This document shows, piece after piece, positions 1 to 11,579 of a stretch of 64,000 bases of DNA. The position numbers and the translations under genes were made by a program. Location: positions 320,001 through 384,000 of the forward strand of contig CAVYKI010000003.1 in assembly GCA_963769025.1 (NCBI GenBank), given 5' to 3'. A model generated the notes under the pieces. It saw nothing but the letters and a program-made list of their open reading frames with translations, did no database searches and had not been told where the DNA came from. This DNA is from an uncultured Verrucomicrobiae bacterium (lineage in GTDB: Bacteria; Verrucomicrobiota; Verrucomicrobiia; Chthoniobacterales; Chthoniobacteraceae). Each line of letters begins with the position of its first letter. The stretch's first letter is position 1.

Positions 1-2107
1 TGCCCGAGTCCCCTGCCCTCCCACTGGTCGTGGAGCATGATGTTCAGCAGCGCTTTCAGCGGCGGGCACGCCTGCTTCACGCTCCCGTCGTCGAAATACA
101 TCTGCGCGACGCGCTTTTGCGTGACGACGATGTTGTCCATGCCGTCCGCAAAAATATCCATGCCCTGCAATTCGGGCCGCAGCATCTCGTCGGTGAAAAC
201 GGAGTGCGGATGATTGAACACGCGGCCAAAGAACATGCGGACGAAGCGCGCGTTGATGCGAAATCCGAGCCGGCTGGCCAGGACTTTCCTGCCGTTGTGC
301 TCGAAGTCCGCGCACCGATCGAGGCATCGCTCGGCGAGCAGGAATTTCGGATTCCGCTCCTCCGCGGTCATGTGGCACCAGACCTCGGGGACGAGCAGGC
401 TCACGTCGTGATCCACGCGGACTTTCGGCCCCACATAGCCGGCGGCAGTCACGAACGCGTGGTGGCCGGTCACGATGTACGAAACGAGCGCGTTGTTCAG
501 GTCGATGATCGGCGGGAGCGCGTTGAACGGCCCCTTGGTCAGCGCGCCTTCCGAGCCCGCGCCGGTCGTCGAGGGCGACTTGCCCGTCATGCTGCAGATG
601 AACTCCATGAAAAGCTCCGGCAGCTCGAAGTAGTGAATCGGGTTGTAGCACGCGAGCGAGCGGATGCCGGCCTCGGGCGGGTTGTTCCGCCGGCCCGGCA
701 GCACCGCGGCGACAGGATTGTAGATTGGTTTTTCCGGCGGCAGCCGGCGGCGCAGGCGCGCAGACATCTCGGCGAGATAGCTCTCGCGCGGCTGCGTGAG
801 GTCGGGCCGGATTTGCAGGTAGCGGGGGTTCTTGCTCGGCTTGCCATCCACGATCCGCGGATGCGCCGAGCACACGAAGAAATTCGGCACGCCGGTTTCC
901 GCCACTTCGCGGATCAGTTTCTGCATCGGCTCGGTGAACGAATGGAAGCCGATGGAATCCTCCAGCAAATCGCGCGCGACCTTTGCGGTGAGCGGCTCGT
1001 AGTTGGAGAAAAGATTGTCCGGCTGCGAGAAGTCGCTCTCGGTCATCTTGTCGTAGCCGCGATGGATCGCGTCATCGGGCCGCTGGAAAAGCCGCATCTC
1101 GGCGTTCTGCACGAACTTCAGCGATGCGCCACCCGCCTCGCCCGCGTTCTCGATCCGGTCCGCCGGGACGACGACGGATGCCGTGATGTCGTCCTCCATC
1201 TGGATTTTCACCGCGGGATGAAAATCCTTCCGCAAGCCGAACGTGCGCCACGAGCCATCGGCGTCGAAGCCCACGCGCAGGTAGGTGGTCACGAGCTTGC
1301 GGCTGTCGCATTTCAGCTCGTTGGCCGGAGTGCCGTTGATGATGTCCACGCTGAAATGCTCGCGCCAGTTCGTGCCCCACTCGGGCTTGTGGTAGCGCTT
1401 CACGACGAAGACGAGTTCCCGGAGATACTGAGGCGTCGCCTCCAGCCATGCATTGTATTCGGGCGTATAGTCCTGCTCGTCCGGCGTGAGCAGCTTGATC
1501 ACCGATCCCAGCGAACGCTCCGGGCTGAGGATTGCGCGCTCGTCCGTGCGCGATGGATCGCTGAAGCGGTCGCCGTGGTCGCGCGCCAGCAGCTCCGCGA
1601 CCTTGTTGAAGTCGTTCTTGAAGTCCGCAACGAACACCGGCCCGACGAGGATCGCATCCGTGATCGGCTTCGAAATTTCCGACTTCCCTCCGCCGGAGAC
1701 GGTGCATGGCTTGTGGCAGACGAGCCCTTCGGCCACCGTGCCGACCAGCCGCCACCCGCGGTTCGGCCCGGGCTTTTCCATGGTCACCTTGTAGCCGGAA
1801 GGCCGCACGTACGTCTTGCCGGGAAGCAGCTTGATCGAGCGCTCCGTGCTGCCACCGGGCCACGAGACCTTCTGCTTGTGCAGCTCTCGTAGAGAAACGA
1901 CTGGATGCGATGGTCCGCCGGGCAGAGATGGCTGGCGAGCAGCCGCTCCTTCTCGCGGTACTGCTCGACCAGCGTGGAGACCAGATTGCCGAGCTGCGAA
2001 GCATCGCCCGTGGTCACCGGCTGGAACCCGAGCAACGCGAGTTTGACGTTGATGTAAGCCACCAAGTCCGCCGGAGTGCCGCTCTTCACGCTGAGATTCG
2101 GAATCAT
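1..2107 (-). pseudogene. PPi-dependent phosphoenolpyruvate carboxykinase, interrupted by an internal deletion/frameshift at ~1886; 3' end runs off the window
   Basis: N-terminus MIPN..YINVKLALLG..HLCPADHRIQSFL (2107-1886). A second frame, open from 1886 to base 1, reads KLLPGKTYVRPSGYKV..CHKPCTVSGGGKSEISK..KIQMEDDITAS..LKALLNIM. These motifs match the PPi-PEPCK family as I recall it. Confidence 0.8.
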
Positions 2108-2195
2108 TTTCCGCCCACCTTGCGCGGCAAGATTGGCCAATTCAAGATTCTCCCTCCTGTTTCACCCCAGAGGCGCAGAATGCGCTCAACGACGC

Positions 2196-3455
2196 TCACA
2201 ACCGGTCGGCGGCGAGCAGGATTCCGGCGGCCTTGTCGAGCGTCTCCTGCCACTCGGCCTCGGGCGAGCTGTCGGCGACGATGCCCGAGCCGACTTGGAA
2301 ATGCGCAACGGCGCCGGTGCCGTTTTCGGGGCGCTCGATGACCACGGTGCGGATGGCGATGGAAAACTGGCTCTCGCCATTGAACCCGAACCAGCCGAGC
2401 GCGCCCGTGTAGAGGCCGCGCGGCGCCGGTTCAAGTTCGGCGATGATTTCGCGGGCGCGCTTTTTCGGTGCGCCGGTGATGCTGCCGCCGGGGAAGCACG
2501 CGCGGAATGCGGCCGCGTGATCGATGCCGGGACGGAGGCGGCCCTCGACGGTGGAGACGAGGTGGAAGACCTGCTCGTGGCGCTCGAGCTTCAGCAACTC
2601 GGGGACGGTGACGCTGCCGAAGTCACACACACCGCCGAGGTCGTTGCGCTCGAGGTCGGTGATCATCACGAGCTCGGCGACCTCCTTTGCCGAAGTGAGG
2701 AGATCGAACGCGCTGCACTCGTCGGCAAGTGCATCGGCGCGGCGCGGGCGCGTGCCCTTGATCGGGCGCGTGCGGATCGCGCGGCCGCTCATTTTCAAAA
2801 ACGACTCGGGCGAGGTGGAGAGGATCGTGCAGCCGCCGAGGTCGAGGAACGCGGCATTTGGCGCGGGCGAATAATGCCGGAGCGCCTCGTAAAATGCCCA
2901 CGGCTCGCCGCTCCACCGAGCCGACATGCGATGCGAAAGGTTCACCTGATAGATGTCACCGGCGGCGATGTATTCCTGCGCACGGCGGACCATGGCGAGG
3001 AAGGTTTCGCGCGGCATCGTGGGCTGGAAATCGGGTCGTTCGCAGCGCGGCGAGCCGGCGCCGTGCGCGAGGCGAGACGCGAGATCGCCGGTGCTGTACC
3101 AGCGCTGCTCGGCGTGGCGGTAGAGCAGCGCATCATCGTAGAGGCCGAAACAAAAGCGGCCGTCGTAATCCACATGCCCCGCGGCGAAGCCGTGCGGCAG
3201 GCCGTCGTCGCTCCCATGCGGGCATTCGCGAGCCGCGAGCGCCGCGCGCAGCGAATCCCAGTCGTGCGCGACGTGGCCGCGAAGCACCTCGCACGGGGAA
3301 GCAGCCACGACGGAGATGGCCGCGGGATCGCCCTCCGCCTTTGCGGTGTCAAAGAAGGCGAGGCCCGGCAGGTGACGCAGTCGCGCCGCGACTTCGGCAG
3401 GAGCGAGCTCAAGCGTGATCGGCTGTGCGGCGTGACTTGACGTGAAGACTGGCAC
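2196..3455 (-). CDS. pabB: Aminodeoxychorismate synthase component I / anthranilate synthase component I family (start approximate)
   Basis: GDIYQVNLS, SPESFL, TRPIKGT, MITDLERNDL, FPGGSITGAPK and IAIRT motifs of the chorismate-binding fold. Confidence 0.85.
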   Translation of the reverse strand: MPVFTSSHAAQPITLELAPAEVAARLRHLPGLAFFDTAKAEGDPAAISVVAASPCEVLRGHVAHDWDSLRAALAARECPHGSDDGLPHGFAAGHVDYDGRFCFGLYDDALLYRHAEQRWYSTGDLASRLAHGAGSPRCERPDFQPTMPRETFLAMVRRAQEYIAAGDIYQVNLSHRMSARWSGEPWAFYEALRHYSPAPNAAFLDLGGCTILSTSPESFLKMSGRAIRTRPIKGTRPRRADALADECSAFDLLTSAKEVAELVMITDLERNDLGGVCDFGSVTVPELLKLERHEQVFHLVSTVEGRLRPGIDHAAAFRACFPGGSITGAPKKRAREIIAELEPAPRGLYTGALGWFGFNGESQFSIAIRTVVIERPENGTGAVAHFQVGSGIVADSSPEAEWQETLDKAAGILLAADRL

Positions 3456-3520
3456 TCCCCGGCAATTCGCCAGATGCGCGGGCTTTTCAAACGAAAACTC
3501 TCCGCATACCGTGCGCCCCG

Positions 3521-4081
3521 ATGCGCTTTTCATACCATCTCGTGCCATGGCTGGCAGTCGCCGCCGCGTGCTCGGCATTTGCCGCGGACCCCGCCGCTCC
3601 CGGTGGCGCAGATCTGCTCCCGCCGTTGCCTGCTACTCCCGCAAAGGCTCGCGCCATAAATCCGGAGCCACTCCAATTCGACGAGCCACTCGTCCGGCCC
3701 CACACGCCGCCCCAGCTCTTGCCCGACGATCTCCCGCCGGCACGGAAACGTCCCGGCTCCGCGAAATCGCCCGCCGGCGGAAAGCCGCGTCCGATTCCAA
3801 AGGAACAGGCCGCTGCCGTCGAACTCGACCTGCGCATCCGCTACAGCAAAGCCCGCAATATCGCCGATGCCCACGCAAAGGTCCGCGCCGCGTGGGACGA
3901 TTCGCGCAACCTGAAAACCGACTACGCAAAACGGGAGGCCCTCAAGCGCTACTACGAAGTCCTTTTCGCGCAGATGCTCGCCGTGGATCGCGGCATCGCC
4001 CCGCTGGTCGAGAAGCGCCGCAAGACGGAGTTCGCCAATCTCACCCAGTCGAAAATCGCCCCGACCGTCCCGAACGAGTAA
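3521..4081 (+). CDS. Secreted hypothetical protein with Pro-rich linker and helical C-terminus
   Basis: Signal peptide ending CSAFA; plausible composition; divergent from pabB. Confidence 0.7.
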   Translation: MRFSYHLVPWLAVAAACSAFAADPAAPGGADLLPPLPATPAKARAINPEPLQFDEPLVRPHTPPQLLPDDLPPARKRPGSAKSPAGGKPRPIPKEQAAAVELDLRIRYSKARNIADAHAKVRAAWDDSRNLKTDYAKREALKRYYEVLFAQMLAVDRGIAPLVEKRRKTEFANLTQSKIAPTVPNE

Positions 4082-4153
4082 AAATCCGCCGGGCACAGAT
4101 TCCCATTGCGGAGCGGGACACTCACGGTAACCTCCCGCCCCTGTTTTCCAACT

Positions 4154-4226
<73 letters not shown>

Positions 4227-4229
4227 CTT

Positions 4230-4280
4230 CTCTGAAATTCGCGTCTTCAGAGCCAGGGCACGAGTTGTCCTTTCGTGCTC
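4230..4280. terminator. Two tandem hairpins downstream of the tRNA, possible terminator or processing signal
   Basis: CTCTGAA..TTCAGAG (4230-4252) and GGGCACGA..TCGTGCTC (4256-4280); no strong U-tract. Confidence 0.35.
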
Positions 4281-4415
4281 ATTCCGGGGCGTCCCAGCCC
4301 TTGTTTTTCCGTTCCCACACGCGGACAGAGTCCACCTCCACCACGGCCGGGATTTCCGCTCATCGCCGCCGAGGAACGCTCTGAGGCGTCACGTGTTCGT
4401 CCATGCAGCGCTCGC

Positions 4416-5948
4416 TCACTTCCACGCCTTCTCCCGCACTTTCATCAGGTCGGGATACCTCTCATCGAAGTCACCGACGTGCTCCTTCACGCGCAACAGT
4501 TCCTTTTTCAAATCATCGCGCACTTTGCCGTATTCGGGCTCGGCAAAGACGTTGCGCAGTTCCATCGGGTCTTTGCGCAAGTCGTAGAGTTCCCAACCGG
4601 GCGTGCTCGGCGGATGCGGGGTCTTGGCGTAGATCTCGGCGTCGAGCGGGAGGCCGTAGAAGAAGATCAGTTTATGGTCCTTCGTGCGGATGCCGTAGTG
4701 CGCCGGGTTGTCGTGATGCTCCATGTGCATCCAATAGCGGTAGTAGGTCGCCTTGCGCCAATCGGCGCGTTCGGCCTCGCCGCGGAGCATGGGCAGGAAG
4801 CTGCGGCCTTGCATGGACTCGGGCGTGGTCGCGCCGGCGGCCGCGAGCAGCGTGGGCGCGAAGTCGGTGTTGTTGATCAACGCATCGGGCCTGGTGCCGG
4901 CTTTGATCCACTTCGGGTACCGCGCGACGAAGGGCATCCGCAATGACTCCTCATACATCCAGCGTTTGTCGATGTAGTCGTGCTCGCCGAGCATGAAGCC
5001 CTGGTCGGACGTGTAAATGATGAGCGTGTTGTCGAGCTGGCCGGACTTTTCGAGGTAGTCGAGCAGGCGCGCGATGTTGTCATCCACACCGCGGACGCAG
5101 CGCAGGTATTTCTTCATGTAGCGCTGGTAGGCGGTGCGCTTGTATTCGTCATCAGGCAGGTTTGGATCGACGAACATGTGCATGCCCATGTTGCGCCGCA
5201 TGTTCCGTTTTCCGACCGACGTGCCTGTGCCTTTCGTCGCCTCGGAGCCATAGTTGGGGTTCGTCCACAGGCTCTCCGGCTCGGGGATTTTCACGTCGTC
5301 GTAGAGAAAGTCGTAGCGCTCGGCGTTCTCGAAGTTGTCATGCGGCGCCTTAAAATGGTGCATGAGGAAAAACGGCTTGCCGGACTTGCGGCTCTTCAAC
5401 CACGCCAGCGAGATGTCCGTCACCGCATCGCTCTCGTGCGTCGAATCGGAGCCCGCGACGCGGCGCGTGTTCTGCGGCCACGGCTTCGGCCCGCGCTCGA
5501 GGTAGATCGGGTTGAAATACGAGCCCTGTCCCGGATAGACGGAGTAGTAATCAAACGCCGCAGGCTCCGCTTCGAGATGCCACTTGCCGACCATGGCGGT
5601 CTCGTAACCGGCGGCCTTCATTTGCAGCGGCAGGGTTTGCTTCGCCTCCGGCAGCGAGCCGATGAGCGTGCGGATGCCGTTCACATGGCTGTATTGGCCG
5701 GTGAGGATCGTCGCGCGGCTCGGCGTGCAGATGGAGTTGGTGCAAAAGGCATTGGTGAGCATCACCCCTTCCCGCACGAGCCGATCGATCGTCGGCGTCG
5801 GATTCAGGGCCGCAAGCCGTCCGCCATAGGCGCCGATGGCCGACGACGCATGATCGTCGGACATGATGTAGAGAATGTTCGGCTGCTCTGCGGCACGCAG
5901 CGGGAGCGCGGCAACGAATGCGAAGACCAAGGCAAGGAACCGTTTCAT
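4416..5948 (-). CDS. Formylglycine-dependent (S1) sulfatase, secreted
   Basis: Signal peptide, PNILYIMSDD, CTPSR (CxPxR), GKWHL, SDQG. Confidence 0.95.
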   Translation of the reverse strand: MKRFLALVFAFVAALPLRAAEQPNILYIMSDDHASSAIGAYGGRLAALNPTPTIDRLVREGVMLTNAFCTNSICTPSRATILTGQYSHVNGIRTLIGSLPEAKQTLPLQMKAAGYETAMVGKWHLEAEPAAFDYYSVYPGQGSYFNPIYLERGPKPWPQNTRRVAGSDSTHESDAVTDISLAWLKSRKSGKPFFLMHHFKAPHDNFENAERYDFLYDDVKIPEPESLWTNPNYGSEATKGTGTSVGKRNMRRNMGMHMFVDPNLPDDEYKRTAYQRYMKKYLRCVRGVDDNIARLLDYLEKSGQLDNTLIIYTSDQGFMLGEHDYIDKRWMYEESLRMPFVARYPKWIKAGTRPDALINNTDFAPTLLAAAGATTPESMQGRSFLPMLRGEAERADWRKATYYRYWMHMEHHDNPAHYGIRTKDHKLIFFYGLPLDAEIYAKTPHPPSTPGWELYDLRKDPMELRNVFAEPEYGKVRDDLKKELLRVKEHVGDFDERYPDLMKVREKAWK

Positions 5949-5961
5949 CGTGGGTGGAAAG

Positions 5962-7398
<1,437 letters not shown>

Positions 7399-7404
7399 CG
7401 GGGC

Positions 7405-10290
7405 TTAGTAGAGGTAGGTGAATTCGTGCGTGTTGAACAAAGCGAGGCAGAGGTCCGCCAGCCCGCGCGTCTCCGGGCCGACGTCAGACGGCTTCGCGTC
7501 CGGGACATAATTCTCAAACACCGGCAGGATCTCCTCATACTCGAAAATCTTCCCGGAAAACTCCTCGACGAGTGAGCGAGTGACCTTGGTCGGATACTTC
7601 ACCGGCTCCACTTTCACGCCGCGATGATAGTCCTGCATCTTGCGCACATAACCCGACATGCGCTGCAACTCGGCATCGCTCGGCGCACGATTGAGCGCGA
7701 GTTCGAAAGCGCGGCGCACCTGCTGCCCGATGGTCGCGGCCTCCTTTTGCACGCGGAGTGCGAAGGCGATCGAGCGATCCGTGATGAGGTCGCTGTTCAT
7801 CATCGTGAATGCCTGCGGCGAAACCGCGGCGGAATCGCGAAGGTCGCACGACTCGTTCGGATTCGGCAGATTGAAGACTTCGAGGAATGGGTCGGCCTGG
7901 CCGCGCACCCGATAGGCGTAGATGCTCCGGCGGTTGCGCTCCTGCGGGGTGCGCGAGGGCTGGTAAGCCGGCGCCAGCGAGAATTGGATCATGCGCGGCT
8001 GCAGGGCGACTTCGAGATTGATCTCCGGCATCGCGGGGAGGCCGCCGAGCGCAGGATTCAGTTCACCGGTGACGTGCAGCATCGCGTCGCGCAGTTCCTC
8101 GGCCGTCAGCCGGCGGTTCGGAAAGTAGGCGAACAGATCGTTGTTCGGATCGTCGTTGCGCAGCTTTTCACCGTCCGGGTGGCGCGCGTCCATTTGGTAA
8201 GCCTTCGACGTCATGATGAGTTTGTGCAGGCGCTTGAACGTCCAGCCGTGCTCGACGAAATCCGCGCTGAGCCAGTCGAGCAATTCGGGGTGGGTCGGCT
8301 TGCCGCCCTTCACCCCGAAATTGTTCGGCGTGCTGACGATTGGCTTCCCAAAATGATACTGCCATACGCGGTTCACGATTGAGCGTGTGGTCAGCGGATT
8401 GCGCGCATCGGCGATCCACTTCGCCAGGCCGAGACGGCGGTTTGTCAGATCATCCGGCAGCACGTAAGGATCGGACGGAGCGCCCTCGACGGCCAAACCT
8501 ATCGCGCTGAGCACGCCGGGCTGCACTTTTTCGCCCGGTGCCTCGATGGAGCCGCCCGTCAGAATGTGCGTCTCGGGACGCCAGTTGGCATTGATGGTTT
8601 CCGGCATCCGCAGCTTGCGGGCACTCTTGAAGGAAAGCTTCGGGTCCGGCCCGTCGAACACACTCTGGACCATCGGCTCGTAACGCTCCCGGGCGCGTTC
8701 CCATATCCACTCGTCCTGCTCGCGCACCTTGAGCTGGCCTTCCTCCACATGATCGAGCCCGACGGCGCGCGGCGGCTTCTCTTCATCGGGCAGCTTCTGG
8801 CGCGCCTCATTCGATTTGTAAGGGAGCCGGTGCTCCTTGAACCATTCGCGCGCCGCGGCCTCGCGCTTTTCAACGATCTTGTTCTTCTCCGCCGACGCGA
8901 AGGCCAGCATCCGCTCCACAAATGCCTTCCCGTCCTCAAATCCGCCGCGCCTTTCCTCCGGCAGAAAGCGCAGCGGACGCTCGGCCATCTGGGTGCCGGA
9001 GATCGCGGAGTAAATGCGGTAGTAGTCGCGCGTCGGCAGCGGATCGAACTTGTGATCGTGGCACTTGAAGCAGCGCAGTGTTGTCGCGAGAAACGTCTGG
9101 CCCACGACATTCACGAGATCATCGCGATAAATCTGCCGCGCCTCCTCGTCCTTCACCATCGCATTGTCCCATGGGCCAATGCGCAGGAAGCCGGTGGCCA
9201 CGATTTGCTCGGCTTCCTTCTCGGCAAAAGCTCCCGTCTTGCGCACCTCCTTGACCCTTTGCGGGTCGCCGCCGAGACGCTTTGCCGCGGAAGCATCGGC
9301 GAGTTGGTCGCCCGCAAGCTGTTCGATTACGAATTCGTTGTAAGGCTTGTCCGCATTGAACGCGCGGATCACGTAGTCGCGATAGCGCCACATGTTCGAG
9401 CGCTCGAAGTCATTCGCCATCCCGCCCGTGTCCGCGTAGCGCGCGACATCGAGCCAATGCTGCGCCCAACGCTCGCCGTAGTGAGGACTCGCGAGCAGGC
9501 GATCAATGAGATCGCTCCACGCCTTTTGCGCGTCCGCCTTCCACGCCGCGAGAAAAACCGCGCTCTCCTCCGGCGTCGGCGGAAGGCCGAGCAGGTCGAA
9601 AGTCGCGCGTCGGATCAGCGTGCGCGGATCCGCCTGCGCGGCCGGCTGCACCGACGCCTTCGCGAGTTTGGTCGCAATGAAATGATCCACCGGGTTCTCA
9701 CCTTTCGCGTCTGCGAGCGCAGGCTTCTTCACCGGCAGAAATCCCCATACGTCCTCCGGCTTGTAGCGCCGGTAAGTCCACGCATCGTCGAGCCCGCCGC
9801 TGGTCTTCCAGATGACGCCATCCGCGTTTGATGCGACCGCCCATTCCTCTTCGCGCAGTTTCTTCTGCTCGGCCTCGCTTGGCCAGGGCGCGCCGGCGTC
9901 GATCCATTTGCGCACGAGTTCGATCTGCTCCTGGGTGAGCCGGTCGTTCTCCTTCGGCGGCATTTCGAGGTCTTTATCCTTCCACGTCACGGCGACGAAC
10001 ATCGAACTGCCTTCCGCATTTCCCGGCACCAGCACTTTATCCGAGCTCTCGCCTCCTTTGAGCAGCCCTTCGCGCGTCAGCATGTTCAGGTCGCCTTTGA
10101 TCTTCTTCGGGTCGTCGCCGTGGCAGGCGAAGCACTTCGATTTCAGCAGCGGCAGCACCTTGATCGCAAAGTCCTTCACAGCCACCTGCGGATCGGCGGG
10201 AGCGGCGTGAAGCGCGCCCACGGGCAGGAGCGCGGCAAAGGTGGCGAGGAGCAGTGGGAGGTTACGGTTTTCCATATTCGTAAAAGTCAT
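7405..10290 (-). CDS. Planctomycete cytochrome c + DUF1549 + DUF1553 (PSD1) protein
   Basis: CFACH and CFKCHDHKFDP haem motifs, YGERWAQHWLD, VNRVWQYHFG, PTHPELLDWL. Start is ATG 10290 (ATGA overlap) or ATG 10275. Confidence 0.93.
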   Translation of the reverse strand: MTFTNMENRNLPLLLATFAALLPVGALHAAPADPQVAVKDFAIKVLPLLKSKCFACHGDDPKKIKGDLNMLTREGLLKGGESSDKVLVPGNAEGSSMFVAVTWKDKDLEMPPKENDRLTQEQIELVRKWIDAGAPWPSEAEQKKLREEEWAVASNADGVIWKTSGGLDDAWTYRRYKPEDVWGFLPVKKPALADAKGENPVDHFIATKLAKASVQPAAQADPRTLIRRATFDLLGLPPTPEESAVFLAAWKADAQKAWSDLIDRLLASPHYGERWAQHWLDVARYADTGGMANDFERSNMWRYRDYVIRAFNADKPYNEFVIEQLAGDQLADASAAKRLGGDPQRVKEVRKTGAFAEKEAEQIVATGFLRIGPWDNAMVKDEEARQIYRDDLVNVVGQTFLATTLRCFKCHDHKFDPLPTRDYYRIYSAISGTQMAERPLRFLPEERRGGFEDGKAFVERMLAFASAEKNKIVEKREAAAREWFKEHRLPYKSNEARQKLPDEEKPPRAVGLDHVEEGQLKVREQDEWIWERARERYEPMVQSVFDGPDPKLSFKSARKLRMPETINANWRPETHILTGGSIEAPGEKVQPGVLSAIGLAVEGAPSDPYVLPDDLTNRRLGLAKWIADARNPLTTRSIVNRVWQYHFGKPIVSTPNNFGVKGGKPTHPELLDWLSADFVEHGWTFKRLHKLIMTSKAYQMDARHPDGEKLRNDDPNNDLFAYFPNRRLTAEELRDAMLHVTGELNPALGGLPAMPEINLEVALQPRMIQFSLAPAYQPSRTPQERNRRSIYAYRVRGQADPFLEVFNLPNPNESCDLRDSAAVSPQAFTMMNSDLITDRSIAFALRVQKEAATIGQQVRRAFELALNRAPSDAELQRMSGYVRKMQDYHRGVKVEPVKYPTKVTRSLVEEFSGKIFEYEEILPVFENYVPDAKPSDVGPETRGLADLCLALFNTHEFTYLY
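10262..10288. repeat. Copy 1 of a 27-bp imperfect direct repeat (copy 2 at 13225-13251)
   Basis: Minus strand GACTTTTACGAATATGGAAAACCGTAA versus GACATTTACGAACATGGGAAACCGTAG, 23/27 identical. Confidence 0.75.
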
Positions 10291-11177
10291 TTTCTTTCCC
10301 ACACCCGGACGTAGTCCACGTCCATGGAAGTCGGGAAACCTTCGGCGGTCGCCGCTTGCGGAACCGGTTTCATGTCCTGGCCCACCCAACCGATGTGAGG
10401 ATGCCGCAGGCCGAGTGAAAGGGTGACGTTCATTGGCAGGTGCCAGTATTTGTTCGGCTTCCTGGCGACCTCCTTGCCGTCGATATACCAGACGATCGTC
10501 TCCGGGGTGACATCGCAGCCATAGACGTGAAAGTCAGCACGCGGATCCCAAGGGGCCGTCCATGAATTCGCACACAGTTCCGGGTCCATCAGCGGCCGCA
10601 CCCATCGGACCTTCCCGTCTTTGTCAGCCAGGCGCAGGTGGAGATTCATATCGATGACATTGACCGCGTCGCGCTCCTTGGTCTGGCGGTTCAGCTCATT
10701 CATCTGCAGTTCGACGAAATCAATCTCGCAGTAGCGGACTTCGCCAGTGGTCTCCTTGCCATCGCTGAACACCCAGAAGGCCGGGCAGGCTCCCGGGAAA
10801 AGACTGCACCCTTTGATCCGCGCCTCATAGTAGCCGTAGGTGCGTTTCTGGTAAGAGCGGAGGATGCCTGACTTGTAAAAAAGTTTTTTGCCGTTCCTTT
10901 CGTGCGGCTCATAAGTCATGCGGAGGACAAGTTTGCCGTTCTCCACAAAGGCGTTGTCTTTGTCCCAAGTCCACGGACCCCAGCTTGGCGGATGGTTGGT
11001 CCACTTCCGCGAATCGAGTTCGGACGCATTAAACTCGTCAGAATATCCCGGCTTGAGTTCCCAGGCGCCCGACTGTCCAAGCGGCGCCGCAGGCATTGGC
11101 TCCGCTGCGGGAGCGGTGAGCGGATGCAGCCCCGCCAGTACCAGGCAGGCGACGAAAGGTAGGCAGTGCGTTTTCAT
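10287..11177 (-). CDS. GH16 glycoside hydrolase, kappa-carrageenase-like, secreted
   Basis: Catalytic EIDFVE (ExDxxE); [39 protein letters not shown] and [15 protein letters not shown] resemble CgkA kappa-carrageenases. Confidence 0.85.
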   Translation of the reverse strand: MKTHCLPFVACLVLAGLHPLTAPAAEPMPAAPLGQSGAWELKPGYSDEFNASELDSRKWTNHPPSWGPWTWDKDNAFVENGKLVLRMTYEPHERNGKKLFYKSGILRSYQKRTYGYYEARIKGCSLFPGACPAFWVFSDGKETTGEVRYCEIDFVELQMNELNRQTKERDAVNVIDMNLHLRLADKDGKVRWVRPLMDPELCANSWTAPWDPRADFHVYGCDVTPETIVWYIDGKEVARKPNKYWHLPMNVTLSLGLRHPHIGWVGQDMKPVPQAATAEGFPTSMDVDYVRVWERK

Positions 11178-11579
11178 GGCTTGGGAGGCAAAGCGCCTTG
11201 CTCCTCGTGGACGCCGGTTATGTGTGCGCGGAGTTGTGCGGCGAGAGTCTCAACGTTTTGTGGATTCGCCTTCGCGATGTTCACCGTCTCGTGCGGGTCG
11301 GTCTCGTGGTCGTAGAGTTCTTCGGCGAGCGGTTCACTCATGGGCTTGCGGCGGTCGAGCCAGGCGGTGTAGCGGTAGCGGTCCGTGCGCATGCTGTAGC
11401 CCATGAGGTGTTGGTTGAAGAGTTCGGCATCATAGCGATCGCCGTGCTCTTGTTTGAGCTTCGCTTCCACCTCGGCAATGACGGGACCGAAGTAGGTTCC
11501 GCGCATCGCGGGAGAGCGCGGACGCGCGGCCCACTCTCGCAATGCAGGTGACGGAAACTGGCTGAACGCGGCGGGCTTC
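11174..11579 (-). pseudogene. C-terminal fragment of a sulfatase (5' part missing)
   Basis: [46 protein letters not shown] is a sulfatase C-terminus; no CxPxR region upstream. Confidence 0.8.

Noticed and set aside
30..1892. 620-aa plus-strand ORF
   Set aside because: Codon-aligned antisense shadow of the PPi-PEPCK frame; it ends at the deletion junction
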